From: Camelus ferus
Lineage: Eukaryota
NCBI RefSeq assembly: GCF_009834535.1
Contig: NC_045696.1
Location: forward strand, 78,928,001 to 78,992,000
Direction: 5' to 3'
DNA: 64,000 nucleotides
Made by a program: the position numbers and the translations under genes. The stretch's first letter is position 1; the number at the start of each line of letters is the position of its first letter. Shown here in pieces: positions 25,871 to 39,200 of the stretch. The notes beneath the pieces are model-generated. The model did no database searches, was not told where the DNA came from, and saw only the letters and a program-made list of their open reading frames with translations.

Positions 25871-26779
25871 GGTACACAGTAGATGGTTTAGGATCATTGT
25901 TATATTAATTAGCTGGATTTCTTAGTTGAGAGTGAAATTTTAAAAAGTGATCCCATAATATTATAGAGCTCTCTGGATCCTCAATGAATACTATCTGCAG
26001 CCCTAAATGATACGTCCTTTAAAACGAATACATTTGATAAGCTAAGTACTATTCACCTTTAAATTATTGTTTCATTGAAATTGAGAACATCTTTTCCTCC
26101 TGGTGAAGAATCCTAAGTATGTTAAATATAGTTTAGATGACATATTTGTGTATATAGACAGACAGGTAGGTAGCTGGGTAGGTAGAGAGATATTATAAGT
26201 AAATTTTGCTATGTGAATTGTATATGGTAACTTTGGGACAGGCCCAGATGAAGAGTTTAGTTCTACTTTTCTTTAAATATTTTTGAGTTTTAGTTAATAA
26301 TTTTTATTTCCCACCACTGTATTTTGCAATTTCGAAGAACACAAAAATCAGACCTATTTTGGTTGGCTGCTTTTGCATGTGATTTGTGATTGAAGCCTTT
26401 TCTCAAAGTTCTGATACGAGAACTGATATACAGAGGTGTTTTGTTTTTTTTAACCTGTGTTCTTTCCTTCATAGCCATTTTTTTTCTTTTCCCATTATAA
26501 GGCCCCAAAATGTTAATAAATGTTCATGTGATAATTTTTGTCTCAGCTAACTTTTAACTGGGAAATGGGTTTTTGAAATAAATCTTTTGTCCATTTGTAG
26601 TTAAAAAACAGAAGAGTTATTTCTAAAGTCTCTGATTGTTCAAAGACTTTAGAAATATCTAGATCTCACTTAGTACACAAATGGTTCAGGTGGCATATTT
26701 CATCTAAATCAGTCACTCAGTGCTTGGTGCAAAAATCTTTTTTAGAGCCAGATTTCACACAGGAATCCATCAACATAAC

Positions 26780-27080
26780 ACAATGATCTGAAGAAATCTG
26801 TACCAAGCTGCACTTATTTTCTGAAGGCTATGTAAAGGTCTGCAAAGAACAAATATTCTAGAGAATCATGGGAACTTAATCTGTCTGTGATAAGTTCTTA
26901 TGAGAAATTTATTTGGGAACAGAAATATATTCTAACTGAGAAGCCTGAGGACAATTCAACATTTCAGAGAAATGCAAACACACAGAAACCGTGGTCAAGA
27001 TGTCAGAAGAATGTTTGAAAAATTGTGCACATGATCAGCATGTTCAATGTGACAGCAACTATTTCAAATGCCTGCAGAGG
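26780..27080 (+). mobile_element. Decayed Tc1/mariner-superfamily transposase C-terminal remnant
   Basis: Translation across stops and frameshifts gives KVCKEQI/SRESW, SVCDKFL*EIYL, RRMFEKL, HVQCDSNYF, collinear with (R)IISRGLWPPRSPDLSxCDFFLWGYL...RVFEN...CVQCDGxHF. Confidence 0.55.
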
Positions 27081-27933
27081 TTATCAGGAGGTAATGAAGG
27101 AAGAAAGCAAAATTTCTAAATATTAACAACTATAGACTGATTGATCAATCAATAGATAGAGAGCAACCTTTCTGTTAATAAACATCTTTCTTCTAAGTTA
27201 TAATACAAATATAGCTTTTTCTAAGCTTTTTTTAGTGACAGTGAAGAATTAGTTTCTTTTCTGTAACTCAGTGTTTCAACGTGAAGATTGTTTTTGCTGT
27301 TTTTTTATGTGTAAAGGCCACTACTTGTCAATATACGATACTGTAGCTCTGCTCTGTTAGACATACACACGTAGATAGAAAAGAAAGGGGGAATTTTGCA
27401 AGCTCAGTAGAGATGTTTCCAGACTTGGGGAAAACATGTCTATGGCCCAGGGAATTCAGAGGGAGAGGAGTGTACCTGCAATGTGGAAAATGCTGTTAAA
27501 GAGAAATGACCTGCTAGTTAAGTCCTGCTAGTTTGAGAGAACTAAGTTAGGTGGCATAACTAGTACAATTCAATGGCCAGCAGGCTACAGAATTAGTTTT
27601 TGTTTCAGAATTTTTATTATCAAGAATGTAACCTTTGACTAATCTTTCCTCATGCCATCGTATTCTCCGATATTGGAACATTCTACTCTTTCTGTCCCTA
27701 TATGTTCCACATCAAACAAAACTAGTGATTTACCATCTCTTCTTAATGTACACCTCCTGAATCTCTGCTAAATCCTGGCCACGCCCTTTAACCAGCTTCA
27801 GTAGCAATTATATAAGAGACTTCAGTATTCGTATAGTGTCATACTGTGTTACGCAGTGTGACTTTCCTAATTCTAGCTCACCAGCAGTCCCTGCTCCAAA
27901 TATTATCCTGGGAACACAGGATTGGCTATAGAA

Positions 27934-28102
27934 CAGTGGTTTTTAATCAGGAGCAATGTCTAGAGACGTTTTTGGTTATCAAAACTGAAAGGGTACAGTC
28001 AGGAATGCTGCTAAACATCCTGCAATGCACAAGACAGACCCCATAATGAATAATTACTTTGCCACAAGATGTCAACAGTGCTGAGATTGAGGAGAAACCC
28101 TG
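27934..28102 (+). mobile_element. MER20 hAT-Charlie MITE
   Basis: Termini cagtggtttttaa...gagaaaccctg, internal atgctgctaaacatcctgcaatgcacaagacag; 8-bp TSD ctatagaa (27926-27933)/ctctagaa (28103-28110). Confidence 0.92.
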
Positions 28103-31100
28103 CTCTAGAAGTATTTGTTTTGCAATCAACTGAAACACATGACTCTCTATAAAAAGAAGAGAGATGGGCAGAATTTTTGCAGGTGTTTTTTCACTTAAGA
28201 TATTTACAATGTCCACTGTATGGTCTGATTTCTAATATTTTAGAGGAATAAGAAAGTTTCTGTTGGATGGATTTTCCAGTCTACATGTGGTCCAAGTGAC
28301 TAGCTGTGTTCTTCCTTCTTGTGACTATTTTGCTAGATTGTAGAGTACAAGAAGATAGGGAAAAACAAGGCTTTTAAGTTTTCCTGGACAAAAGAGAAAA
28401 CTAGTAGAGATTACCCATCAAAAATGGTTGGAAGTTATTCATGTATTGAAAAGCCATGTCTCGAGTTTATTTACTGGAAAACATGAGTTTATAGGTCACA
28501 TCTGACAGAATGCAACATCTGTGTAATTCAATATGGTTTCCTTTTCTGCTTAGCTATTCAAAGATGCTCAAACAAATTTAATAGGCAACCTCAGTGATCT
28601 GCTTATCCTGGTTTCCTGTAGTACTCAATTTTGTTTTCTTTAGTCTCTATTCTGTCTTCTTATTACCTATCATATGTCATTCTGGCTTTGACTTCCAAAT
28701 CACTTCAAATATTTTTAGAATTATTTGGGTTAAATTTTTAAAATTTTATTTAGTTTATCAAATATTTGTTCAGAGTTTATATCATTTTAGGAAAGTGACG
28801 GAAGGTTTGAAGGCTATAAAAAATAAAAACCTAACTGTCCTTACGTTTAAGGATGTTTATAATTTGATATGCAAATGAAGAGAAGCTTACTAATAACTAT
28901 TAAAGCAGAAAAACCAGAGAAGATAGGGACAGACTAAATGTTTAAAATACAAAAGTTCTCTTCTTTGGGAAGGAGAGGAGTATGAAGGCTTCAGGTTAAG
29001 TTTCAGTTAGCTACTAAAATGTAGGTTTTAACAGGTGGAGATGTCAGAGGAAGAAGATACTTCAGAGGAACAGTATGAGGGAAGATGAACATTTAAGAGA
29101 GGATGTTAAATCTGGGTTACAGTAAGTGTTTGCAGCAGACGCTGTTGGTGATTGTTCTGGCTAGGGTATGACTGTGATCCAATTCTGGCCAATGAAACCC
29201 TGGTGGAAATCAAGGGTGGGTTTAATGTTACTCTGAAAGTTTTTCCTCTTTATTCAACATGAAAGTATGAGAGCTAGATGAGGGCATGACTGCTGGAAGA
29301 AGTTCTATCTTAAGAACTTCCTTATTCACCAGGTCCTTGCAAATACAAATGTTTTGTTTGGTGATATGATCAGATGTGACTGGGGCATCAGTACCCAGGG
29401 AAGAAAAGCCATGAATAATGTCAGAAAGAGATTATGTACTACTGCAACAGGTTTTGAATACTACAATGTGGCAACTTGTGCTTCCTTGGGTAGATATATA
29501 GAAGATGTTTAATAGCAGAATAATATACTTTTGGAAATGTGTAACATCAGTAATAAAAGCTTTACTGTAGTATTGTTCACTCTTATACTTGCGTCAGGCA
29601 CATAGTAAGTACTAAGTAAATATTTGATGATTATATTAAGGGATTAAACCACACAAATACAACTGTTTTTATAGAGTCTTTAATTAAATTCTTAATAGCT
29701 TCATATCTTTGATTCTTATTTCATAATTCTACTTGAATTTATTACATGTAAAACCTCTTAGATTACATGCATAAGTACAGATGGTGTCTGTATCAAACAG
29801 ATCTATATACTTAAGTAGGCAGACACAACTAAGTGGCAGTAAATTTGGTTATGTTGCTGAGTATTAATACTATGTTACTGAAAGTGGATTTAAAGGAATA
29901 TAGGCAAGAGAGTGGAAAAGAAAGACGAATGTAAGTATAGCCATTGGATCATGGCAATTTGTCATTTACTTCCAAATTAGCTACGGGACAAAGTTGTGTA
30001 TTTATTTATTTATGCAGCTGGAAACATGGGGAAGTATCTACCATTTCAGAATAATTACTTTTACCCTACCACTTCTCAAGGTGATATAAGATTGTATTAT
30101 CTAGGACATATTACGTCACTTTTGAATGTAACCTAAACTGGTGAAACTGAATAGAAAAACAGTACATTCATAACTGACACATTTTTCTAAGGCTTTTTTT
30201 TTTAGTTAGAAAATGAGTGCAACATCTAGAAGTGGGAAAACACCCATTCTCTTTAATCAAACTGGAGACTAGCTGATGTTTGTCACTGACGAAATTAAAA
30301 ATTCATTGTTCAGTTTAGTAGCTTGAAACCCTGTTATGTCACGTTCTTCACTGAATGACACACATTCTTTTGTAGAAGTGTTCTTCTGCTAAATGCACAC
30401 CAGAATGTTGGTAATTGGGGCATGCAAATTTGTTCTGCAACTAAGAACAAGAGGAGGATTTAGAAGCTATTTTAATGTGGTGCTACATTTATGTTTAAAG
30501 TACAATAATATTCATGTCATTATCATGTATTATTCATATGCAGTGTTTGAAGTGGAGGTTTTTCCAAATATATTAAGAAACTCTTATTCACAATAATCTA
30601 ATTAATTCCCACACCCTACCTTCCTCTGGATTCAGCAAGTGTAAATCTTCAGGCTGAATTATATCACAGATCCAGCTAGCAATATGTTTTATTTTGCCAC
30701 ATAGCGTTTAATTTTTTTAAAGATTATTTCAGAATTTAGAAATAGCAAGTCATTACACAAAAAACTAGATTTGCAGTCCCTTTTGTAAAAAAAATAATCA
30801 GAAGGGCTGGCAACAGAGCCTACACTTCTGCATGGCAACAGTTTGCTGTAGCTCGGGAGACCTGCAGGAGACACCCTTGTGTTCTGATTCCATGGAAACC
30901 CCGCCACGCTTGACTTGGCTTCCCTAGATCTCCAGATGCTGGGAACACTCACAGACGCTACTCACAACATCCTTACACACAGCCCAGTTCAACTTGATAG
31001 TCTGTGGCTTTAACTGTAGTTTGGTGTGAATCAAAAATACTGGCTACACCTGTAATGCTATTTCTGTAACAAGGATGAGTGGTGAGGTCGATCAGGAGGG

Positions 31101-31384
31101 CTGGCTGGGTATCTATATCCATAAAACATCTTGAAGAAATAAGTTTTCATTGTACTTAAAAAGGTGTTTTTACCCTTGTTAAAGCACAGTTTCCTCGAAC
31201 TAAATTTTCTTTCTCTCATAAACCTGTCTTCTGTAAAGCATATACTGTACATTACAAGTTACTTTTTTAAAGGTCCACTTTTCGTAATTCAGATTCATGT
31301 CAGCTATTGTATAACAATTTTATTTGAATCATATTTAAACATTTAAAAGTATTTGGTTTGATTTAAAATGAAAACTATTAACAC

Positions 31385-31615
31385 TTTTACTCATATCTAA
31401 CATTTATTGAGTAGTTACTATTGGTTATAAAATAGTGCTGATTACCTATATGTATTATTTCATTTAATCTCACAAAATCCGTATGAAGTATATACTGTAG
31501 CTATCCCAATTTTACAGCTACAGATTAAATAACTTCTCTAGGGTCTCAAAGTAGTGAAATCAAGTCTTGAGGCCACTTTTGTTTGAGTTCAGGGTCATGT
31601 TCTTAACCACTAACG
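31385..31615 (-). mobile_element. MIR SINE
   Basis: aacatttattgag...tcatttaatctcacaaaatcc...cccaattttacag...ttcttaaccacta. Confidence 0.7.
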
Positions 31616-32449
31616 GTGTGAAAGAAAGACTAGAAAGAATAAAAGAAGTAAGGGAGGGAGGGGGAGGAAGGAAGAAAAGAGTATAAGAGTGGAATAGTGT
31701 AGAACAAATTAATAGAATAGGATATATTTTGCCGTCTGCATATGCAAGTCATAACTTTTGATTCTCATATTTTTGATGCAGCTATAAGGTTTGTGTGTGT
31801 GTGTGTGGACAGGAGTGTGCATGTGTGTGCATACATGCTAAGAGTGATGTAAAATATTTTTCTTACTATGAAATTTGATCAAAATGTTTGAAGTCACTGG
31901 ACTACAGCATAATGTCTCCACCTATTACAGCTCATATATTTAGTAAAATTGTATTACTATTTTAGGCAGATATGGAGTTTGGGTTTAAGTATCTCTTAAA
32001 ATACATTATAGTCCTTTAACATTAGAGTGCAAAAAATTACTAAAATGTATTATAACTTTACAAACTAAGAATAATGGTAGTATCTTAGATTTCAGGGCAT
32101 TTTCTAGTCTTTTACAACAGAGAATGTTATTAGACCAGAATCAATGTGCTGCAGAATGCAAGTAGCAACGTCAGAGATTTAAGACTGATAACTCATTTTT
32201 TTAAAAGTGCAATATGTTTCTTCAATGCCTTTTTGTTTAACTATTTTTATCTTGGATGCTTTAGTTCTTCTATGAATATAAGGTAGACACATTAATTAAT
32301 CAAGCAACATTGCTTTATTCAGCTCTGTAGATGTTGTTTAATCAGTAATTAATTTCTGTGGCTAAGAGTTTGTTAACAAACCCTAAACTCAAGGCTGATA
32401 GAGAAAAAATAAACACACTGGAGCTTTATATAACTATTGGAGGAGGTAA

Positions 32450-32807
32450 TTGAGAGGACGTAACAGCCTTGTTCTGAGAACTGGACCTGAGCAATTAATC
32501 GGAGGCTCCCTTCCTGCTCCCTGCCCTTGGAATATACGTTTTGCCCTGTGTTCCCACAGGGGGAGCCTTTTTCAAGGACGCAGCCTGGAGAGATGGTATA
32601 CGTGACTGGATCCAGTTATGGCCTCTATATACACTTTTAAAATACTGGACGGTGCAGAAATCTCCTCCTCCTGTGGCCACCCAAGACAAGCCTTATAAGT
32701 AAGTTCGCTTGCCTATTAAATCTGCCACCTACCAATCTGGAGTGGTCTGCGTTTTTCTTCAGTTTCTCCCTACCCTCCCTATAAGGGGGCCAATTTGGGA
32801 ACCAACA
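32450..32807 (+). mobile_element. ERV solo LTR (family unassigned; 5' boundary uncertain)
   Basis: GC-richer island with TATA-like ctatata, ATTAAA poly(A)-like signal, pyrimidine-rich U5-like tail ending ccaaca; no clean TSD found. Confidence 0.65.
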
Positions 32808-33679
32808 ATAAGTGACCATAAATTCATACTTAAACTGTTTCTCTGTGGTTGTGCCATGGGGTGTGCTGTGGGGAGAGGCTTTAGAGCCCAGTCATCTCCA
32901 TCAGCACCTCACAAAGTCAACCCTGAAGGGAGAAAGCTAAGTTTTAATCTAATACAAATCTCTGCAGGCTGCTTCTTAGCCAGGCTGTCCAACCACCGAG
33001 GGCGTCTGGAGCAGAGAGATTACTAGAGGTGACATCTTGGGAGGGAGAAATTGCACCTTATGTTGCAAGTATAATAATTGCGAAGTTAGGCCCAAACATC
33101 AGTTGTAGCACATTTGCTTCCTGTGGTTCTCTTCACTTTGGTTTCAAAACTTGGAGTTTTCATAAAACACAAATGTGCCAGGGTCTAACTGTGGCTTCAG
33201 GTGGCTCCTTGCTCTGTGTCTGTAGCAGTCTATAAATTATATCTATATATAATTCCGTGATTTTATAAAGTATAAATTATTTTAGATCTATATACTATAT
33301 AATGACATGTATTGTACATTATATAATATACAACTATATATTTAACGCACTAACATTTATAATCAACATATATTATTGATACAAATGAATGCATATATAT
33401 TTGAAGGTTACTGCCAATTTGGTGTTGTCCATGCAATCATGTGCTTCCCATTCTGATCACTGTTTCAAGTGACCTAAAGGCTCTCTATCTGACCTAACCC
33501 TTTCCCAACTTTCAGACCTCTTGCTGTGTTTTAGCTTTTCAGCTTCTTTCTCTTAGAACAACCAGGCTCATCTCACCTTATGGCCTTTGCTTGTATTCTC
33601 TTTGTGAAGAACATTCTGTGTCTTAATCATCACATTTCTAGTGTGCAAAGGTACTACGGCTGGAAAAGAACAGAAACTG

Positions 33680-34300
33680 TGTCTAGAAAATACCCCATGA
33701 TTCAGAAATTCCACATCTAGGCACTTGCCCATAGAGAAACACATATGAATCAGATTAAAAGTATGATTTAAAAAATGCCTGAGCCAAGCTAGCTGTAATA
33801 GCAAACAATAAGCAAACAACTTGAAAACAATCCAAATGTCAACAGAGAGCAGAATGGATAAATACATTGTGATGAATTTACACACTGGAACAGAATACAA
33901 GGCATTGAAAATGAATGAAGATGTATCAACATGGATGAATATCAGAAACAAAATGTAGGCCTAAAAAAGCTAGTAACAAACAAACAGAAAATCTATGACT
34001 TCAGTTTTGTAATATTTTAAGCCTGCAAAACTAGACAATATATTTTCAGGTATATATGTGTGTGGTAAAAGCATCAGGAAAACTAAGCAAATGATGAACA
34101 CAAAATTACAAATGGTGGCAAATTCTGGAGGTGGTGGTAAGGGAGTTGAGATCAGCAGGGTACACAGAGGCTTCAAATGTTCTATTTCTTATGCTAGATT
34201 TTAAGAATTTGTGCCTTTTAGTTTTAGTTATGTGGCAAACACATGAAACAAATACTATAAGTAATAACATTTTTATGTGTTTAATGTTTTAAAATTAAAA
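33680..34300 (+). mobile_element. Old L1 (L1ME-like) 3' region
   Basis: aacttgaaaacaatccaaatgtc...aatggataaatacattgtg...caacatggatgaatatcagaaac. Confidence 0.8.
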
Positions 34301-34530
34301 TAATTGGCCATCAGTCCCTCTGCGTTTATCCTGTTTCATTTTCTCATACTGATCACTAACTGAAATCACCATGTTCATTTATTGCTGCTCTGTTTAGTGT
34401 TTGTCTCTCTCTTTGCCCAACAGATTGCAGGATTCTTAAAACCAGTACCTGGGCTCTCTGGTTCAGTGCTCACAATAAGAGAGTACCTTGCACTTAGTAG
34501 GCACTAAGTATACTTATCTGTTGATTTAAG
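34300..34530 (+). mobile_element. L2 3' end
   Basis: gtaccttgcacttagtaggcactaagtatacttatctgttga. Confidence 0.55.
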
Positions 34531-35529
34531 GAATCACCCGGAGGTATGTATTACAGGTATATTAACTACAGAGGAGAGTATTGTGAAGGAGATGTTTTTA
34601 GGCATCTATGTATCGTTCCCTTAGGGGCCTTAGATTTTAGTTGGATTTATTTATATCTTCAGTGAGTCACAGCATTTTCTCATCAAACTGAGTTTCCTGT
34701 TACTGCACCCATTGCTCTTCCTTGAATAGCTAACCATTGACACATGTGATTTTATTTTCTTCACAGGAAGCATTTTGAATTTTGGCATTTAATGAATCCT
34801 AATGTGACAAGATGAGAGATTAGGAAACACTTCAGTAACCCTCCTCTTATCTATTCTATCACTGGATAGGAAAATTGCTCGCACATTTCCTGAAGGATGT
34901 AATCCTATTCCTGTTAACTGCCTGAAAAATAATTTGCTTGTATTAAAGAAATGTCTTTTTCTTGTTAATTTCTTAATGAAAAACAGTGTAGAAACTACTG
35001 CTTAAATGGCACGGAAAAGCCCGAAGTACTTAATTACTTAAGGAAGACCAGAAAAATGTTAAGTGAAGTGTAACAACAATTATAAAATGAGCTAAGAAGC
35101 CATTAAACAACATTTAACATACGTATCTTAAAATTTTGCTTTTCCCCAAATTGTACTCTTTGACTGTTTAATTATTTTTGAAATAATAAATGATAATACT
35201 TTAATGAAGAAATTAAAAATAAATTCCTAACATCAATTCCAAGAATTGAGTCATTAGCTAATATAATTTTTTTTCCAATCACAGAGTTATAAAAAATCCA
35301 TTCAACTTTTGGCTATACAATTTATGAACACATGGGAAAAGTAACTGAATTGGAGTAATATGTTTTCCCTCAGTTCTTTCTCTAAAATTTAATCTCTGTT
35401 AAAAAAAAAATCACTAATTTTTTTTAAAAGAATAATCTGCATGATAGAATACTGAAGGAGATCCTACCAGTCAAGAACAATCACAAATTTTAATGTTCCA
35501 GAGGGGAGGAGCATGACCTATAGTAATGA

Positions 35530-35770
35530 AATGTCATAACTAAACCTCAGGATTCAGGACTATATTGCTTGAGTCTGAATACTTCTTTTGCTGGCCAGGC
35601 ACTGCTGTATGACCTTCAGACAGTGACTTTCCTTTGCCTCATTTTTTCATTCATTAAATGGGAATAATAATAACAGTCCCTGTCTAATAGAGTTTTGAAG
35701 GTTGAATGAAATAATACAAATAAAATACTTGGACTATCCCCAGCATCTAGTCTATGCAGTACTACTGCTT
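35530..35770 (+). mobile_element. MIR SINE
   Basis: ctgtatgacctt...gcctcattttttcattcattaaatgggaataataataacagtccct. Confidence 0.65.
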
Positions 35771-36099
35771 ATCTAAAATATGAAACTTTAAGTGTAATTA
35801 TTAATTTATTTGACTCCAACTTCTGTGTGAAAGAAATGATGGATATCTTACAAAATATTTATTAAAGCCTAACTCTAGTCAATAAACATGTCTAAAATCA
35901 ACTTAGAAAGTATATTAGATATAGTCAAATTAGCATATAAATTTATCTGGCAAAGAAGCGCATATCAATTCTATGTTTAAAGTCTTATAAAAAATTTTTG
36001 CTTGTCCAAAATACAGAACATCTTTAAAGTTGGGTAAAGTAAATGATACATGACAAACCACCATAAAAGTATAGCTAATATTTCTACAGAAGAAAAGTA

Positions 36100-37205
36100 T
36101 CTGGTCAACAGAAGGAGAAAACAAGCCACTAAGAGAAATTATTTGCAAAAGACATAGCTAATAAAAGATTGTTACCCAAAATACAAAAAGAACACTTAAA
36201 ACTCTACAATAAGAAAATAAACAACACAATTAAAAAATAAGCAGGAGCTCCAAACAGCCACCTCACTAAGAAAGATGTATCGATGATAAGGAAGCATATA
36301 AAAAGATTAGGGAATTGCAAATTAAAACAACAATGAGATACCATTACATACCTATTAGAATGGCCAAAGTCTAAAACACTAACACCACCAAATGCTGGTA
36401 ATGACTTAAAGCGATAGAAATTTTGAGTCATTTTTCATGCAAAATGGTACCTCCTTTGGAACACAGTTTCAAAGTTTCTTATGAAACTAAAATACTCTTA
36501 CCATACAATCCAGTAATTGTGCTTCTTGATATTTAACAGAATAAATTTAAAAGTTATGTCCACACAAAAATCTGCACACTAATGTTTATAGCAGCTTTAT
36601 TCTTAATTGCCTAAACTGGGGATAACCAAGATGTCCTTTAGGAGGTAAATGGATAAACAAGCTGCATTACATTCAGACAATGAAATATTTTTCAGTGCTA
36701 AAAATAAATGAGCTATGAAGCCAAGAAAAGACATGGAGGAAACTTAAACGCATATTACTAAGTGAAAGAAGTCAATTTTAAAAGACTATATACACTGTAT
36801 GATTTTAACTATGAGACAGTTTGAAAAAGACAAAATTACGACACAGTAAAAAGGTTAGTGGTTGGCAGGGGTTAGTGGGGCAGAGCACAGAGGGTCTTGG
36901 GGGCCGTGAAACTATTCTGCGTGATACCACAATGGTGAATACATGCCATATATTGTCCAAATCCATAGAATGTACAGCACCAAGAGCGAACCCTAGTAGT
37001 AAACTATGGACTTTGGGAGATAATGATGCATCAATGTAGGTTCATCAGTTGTAACAAATGTACCGCTCTGGTACAGGATGCCCATAGTGGGGGAGGTTGT
37101 ACATGTGTGGTAACAGGAGTTAATGGGAACTCTCTGTACTTTCTGTTTAATTTTGTTGTGAACGTAAAACTGTTCTGAAAAAACAAAGTCTATTCATTTT
37201 AAAAG
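36100..37205 (+). mobile_element. L1MC1-like LINE-1 3' portion
   Basis: ORF2 end (attaaaacaacaatgagataccattacatacctattagaatggc) plus 3' UTR ccatagaatgtacagcaccaagag...taaactatggactttggg...gtaacaaatgtacc. Confidence 0.9.
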
Positions 37206-37654
37206 AAGTATCTGGCATGTAGCTAGACCTTGACTAAGCAATATACAGTACTGTTGTAGAGTATAGAACTTAATTTTTCTACACCAGAATTTGAAACTGG
37301 GTATTAAAAATATTGTTGGCTTATATATTCTTTAGCTGTGATTATAAACAACTAGAAAGTTAAATTCAAATAAGCAAACAAAAGTGTTTCAAGTTTACTG
37401 CTTGGACTATAATTAATACATAATTTCATTTTTTAAACTTTAATACCCCACCCTCCTTTTTTAATATTTTTGTGAACACCCAAAATTAAGGAAATAAAGA
37501 TTGAAAATTGAAGTGATATACTCATTATCTTATAAAAACATTTAGAATTATACAGCTATGCAGGATAAACTAAATATTAAGCCAAGAGTTGTAGGAATTA
37601 GTAACAGTAGTGAATCTAGAATACATTATAACTTAAAAATAATGGTATCAATAA

Positions 37655-37750
37655 TAACCTATAGTGGAACATAATTTGCAAAAAAAAGCGCTATACTGTA
37701 TATAAGAAACTAACACAATATTGTAAATCAACTATACTTCAATAAAAAAT
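37655..37750 (+). mobile_element. Short L1 3'-end stub
   Basis: gaaactaacacaatattgtaaatcaactatacttcaataaaaaa. Confidence 0.8.
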
Positions 37751-38921
37751 AATGAAATTCTAAATTGCAAATTAGAGTTAAGCCTTAAGGAAGTAAAAAC
37801 GTGACCTTATTAAAAACAGTTTCCATAAATTTTTGCAACCAACATTTCTTGCAACCAACTTACCAAGAGATTCTATTCATTGGAGACTAAATTTCTATGC
37901 CAAATTTTAAGTATCTGCCATATATATATAGTAAAAAGACAAATTCTGTTGAGCCCAAACTTGCTATCTGTTAGACTATTTTCTTCACCCCAATGTCAAG
38001 TTATTTATATTTTATCTTAAGCATCATGTTAGATTTTAGGGAACCCTAAATTTCCTGGTGTTTGGACTGATGCCTATAGATTAACAAACAGAATAGTTGG
38101 AAAAGAATGTTAATTCCAGCTTTGAGTCAAATGGATTAGCAGTGCAGCTGGAGTGATCAATTTCTTCTATGCTAATGGTGTTGACAAGCATAATGACACT
38201 TGACCAAATATTATCAGATAAATGATTTCCAAAACAATGGACATCTTATGTGCAAATAAAACCTGTTCTTGTTTCTTTCTAGAAATCAGGAACTGGAATA
38301 GATATTATTGCTCCTTTCTGCCAATAAAAGCAGAACGACTTTACTTTTCAGTATTTAAGTTTCCCCACATATAAAATAGCTGAAACAATACAGATGTATT
38401 ATTTTCTGCCCAAATAAATGTCAAAATTAACATGTTTGTACTGAGTTACAATACATATTTACAGTCTTTGTTAGCCCAGGACATTAAGTGACACAATGTT
38501 TCTGGTGGAACATAATAATAATCCTTCCACGTGAGATTTTTGAAAGTTGTTTCATTTCCATGACCTCATTTGAGATTTTCAATGATTCAGCAAGGCTATC
38601 GAAATAGATATTGGTATTCTCATGGAACAGAGGAAAAAACTGAGGTTCAGAGAGTTGACATTGCTTTCCACCATCATTTGGTTAGTAAATTAGGTAGAGT
38701 CTACATTAAAACCTAAGTTAGTGACTTCTAAACAAATCCTCTTAACTGTAAAATGATGTGGTTTACACTCAGTGTTAGAGTATATTGTTTAAACAGCCTT
38801 AGGAAACTACATAGTTCATATTATGAATTTTTGTGTTGTGCTTATTAGTGTATTTCACTTTCTTTTAGGTCACGTAGAAACATACTCTAGGAGATATTTT
38901 TCAAGAAAATATCGTTTATAG

Positions 38922-39200
38922 CAGCGTTTCCCAAACTATTCAATGGGACACATGTGTTCTGTGAGACTGAAGTTAATAAATATCCCAGAAAAACACAGAC
39001 TTTATAGTCAAATTAGTTTGGGAAATCTAGCATATTAGTCCTTTTTGGACAGTCAGTGCACTAAGTCCTACAGTAAAGCTACCTGTTTAACTTCGTTACG
39101 TATCTTTCGTGCACCGGTATTAAATTGATTTCATCATCAGCTCTTTTTCTTGTGGAATGAATGAGTGTATCATTGACTTAAAAACAGTTGGTGAAATCCT
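38922..39200 (-). mobile_element. MER103C-like hAT-Charlie element
   Basis: cagcgtttcccaaa terminus; gtcaaattagtttgggaaa; agtcctacagtaaagctacctgtttaac. Confidence 0.65.

Noticed and set aside
29333..29512. ~60-codon open frame after a cag acceptor-like site
   Set aside because: Unrecognised peptide and no good donor
33230..33400. AT-rich quasi-palindromic stretch
   Set aside because: Ordinary degenerate (TA)n low-complexity DNA
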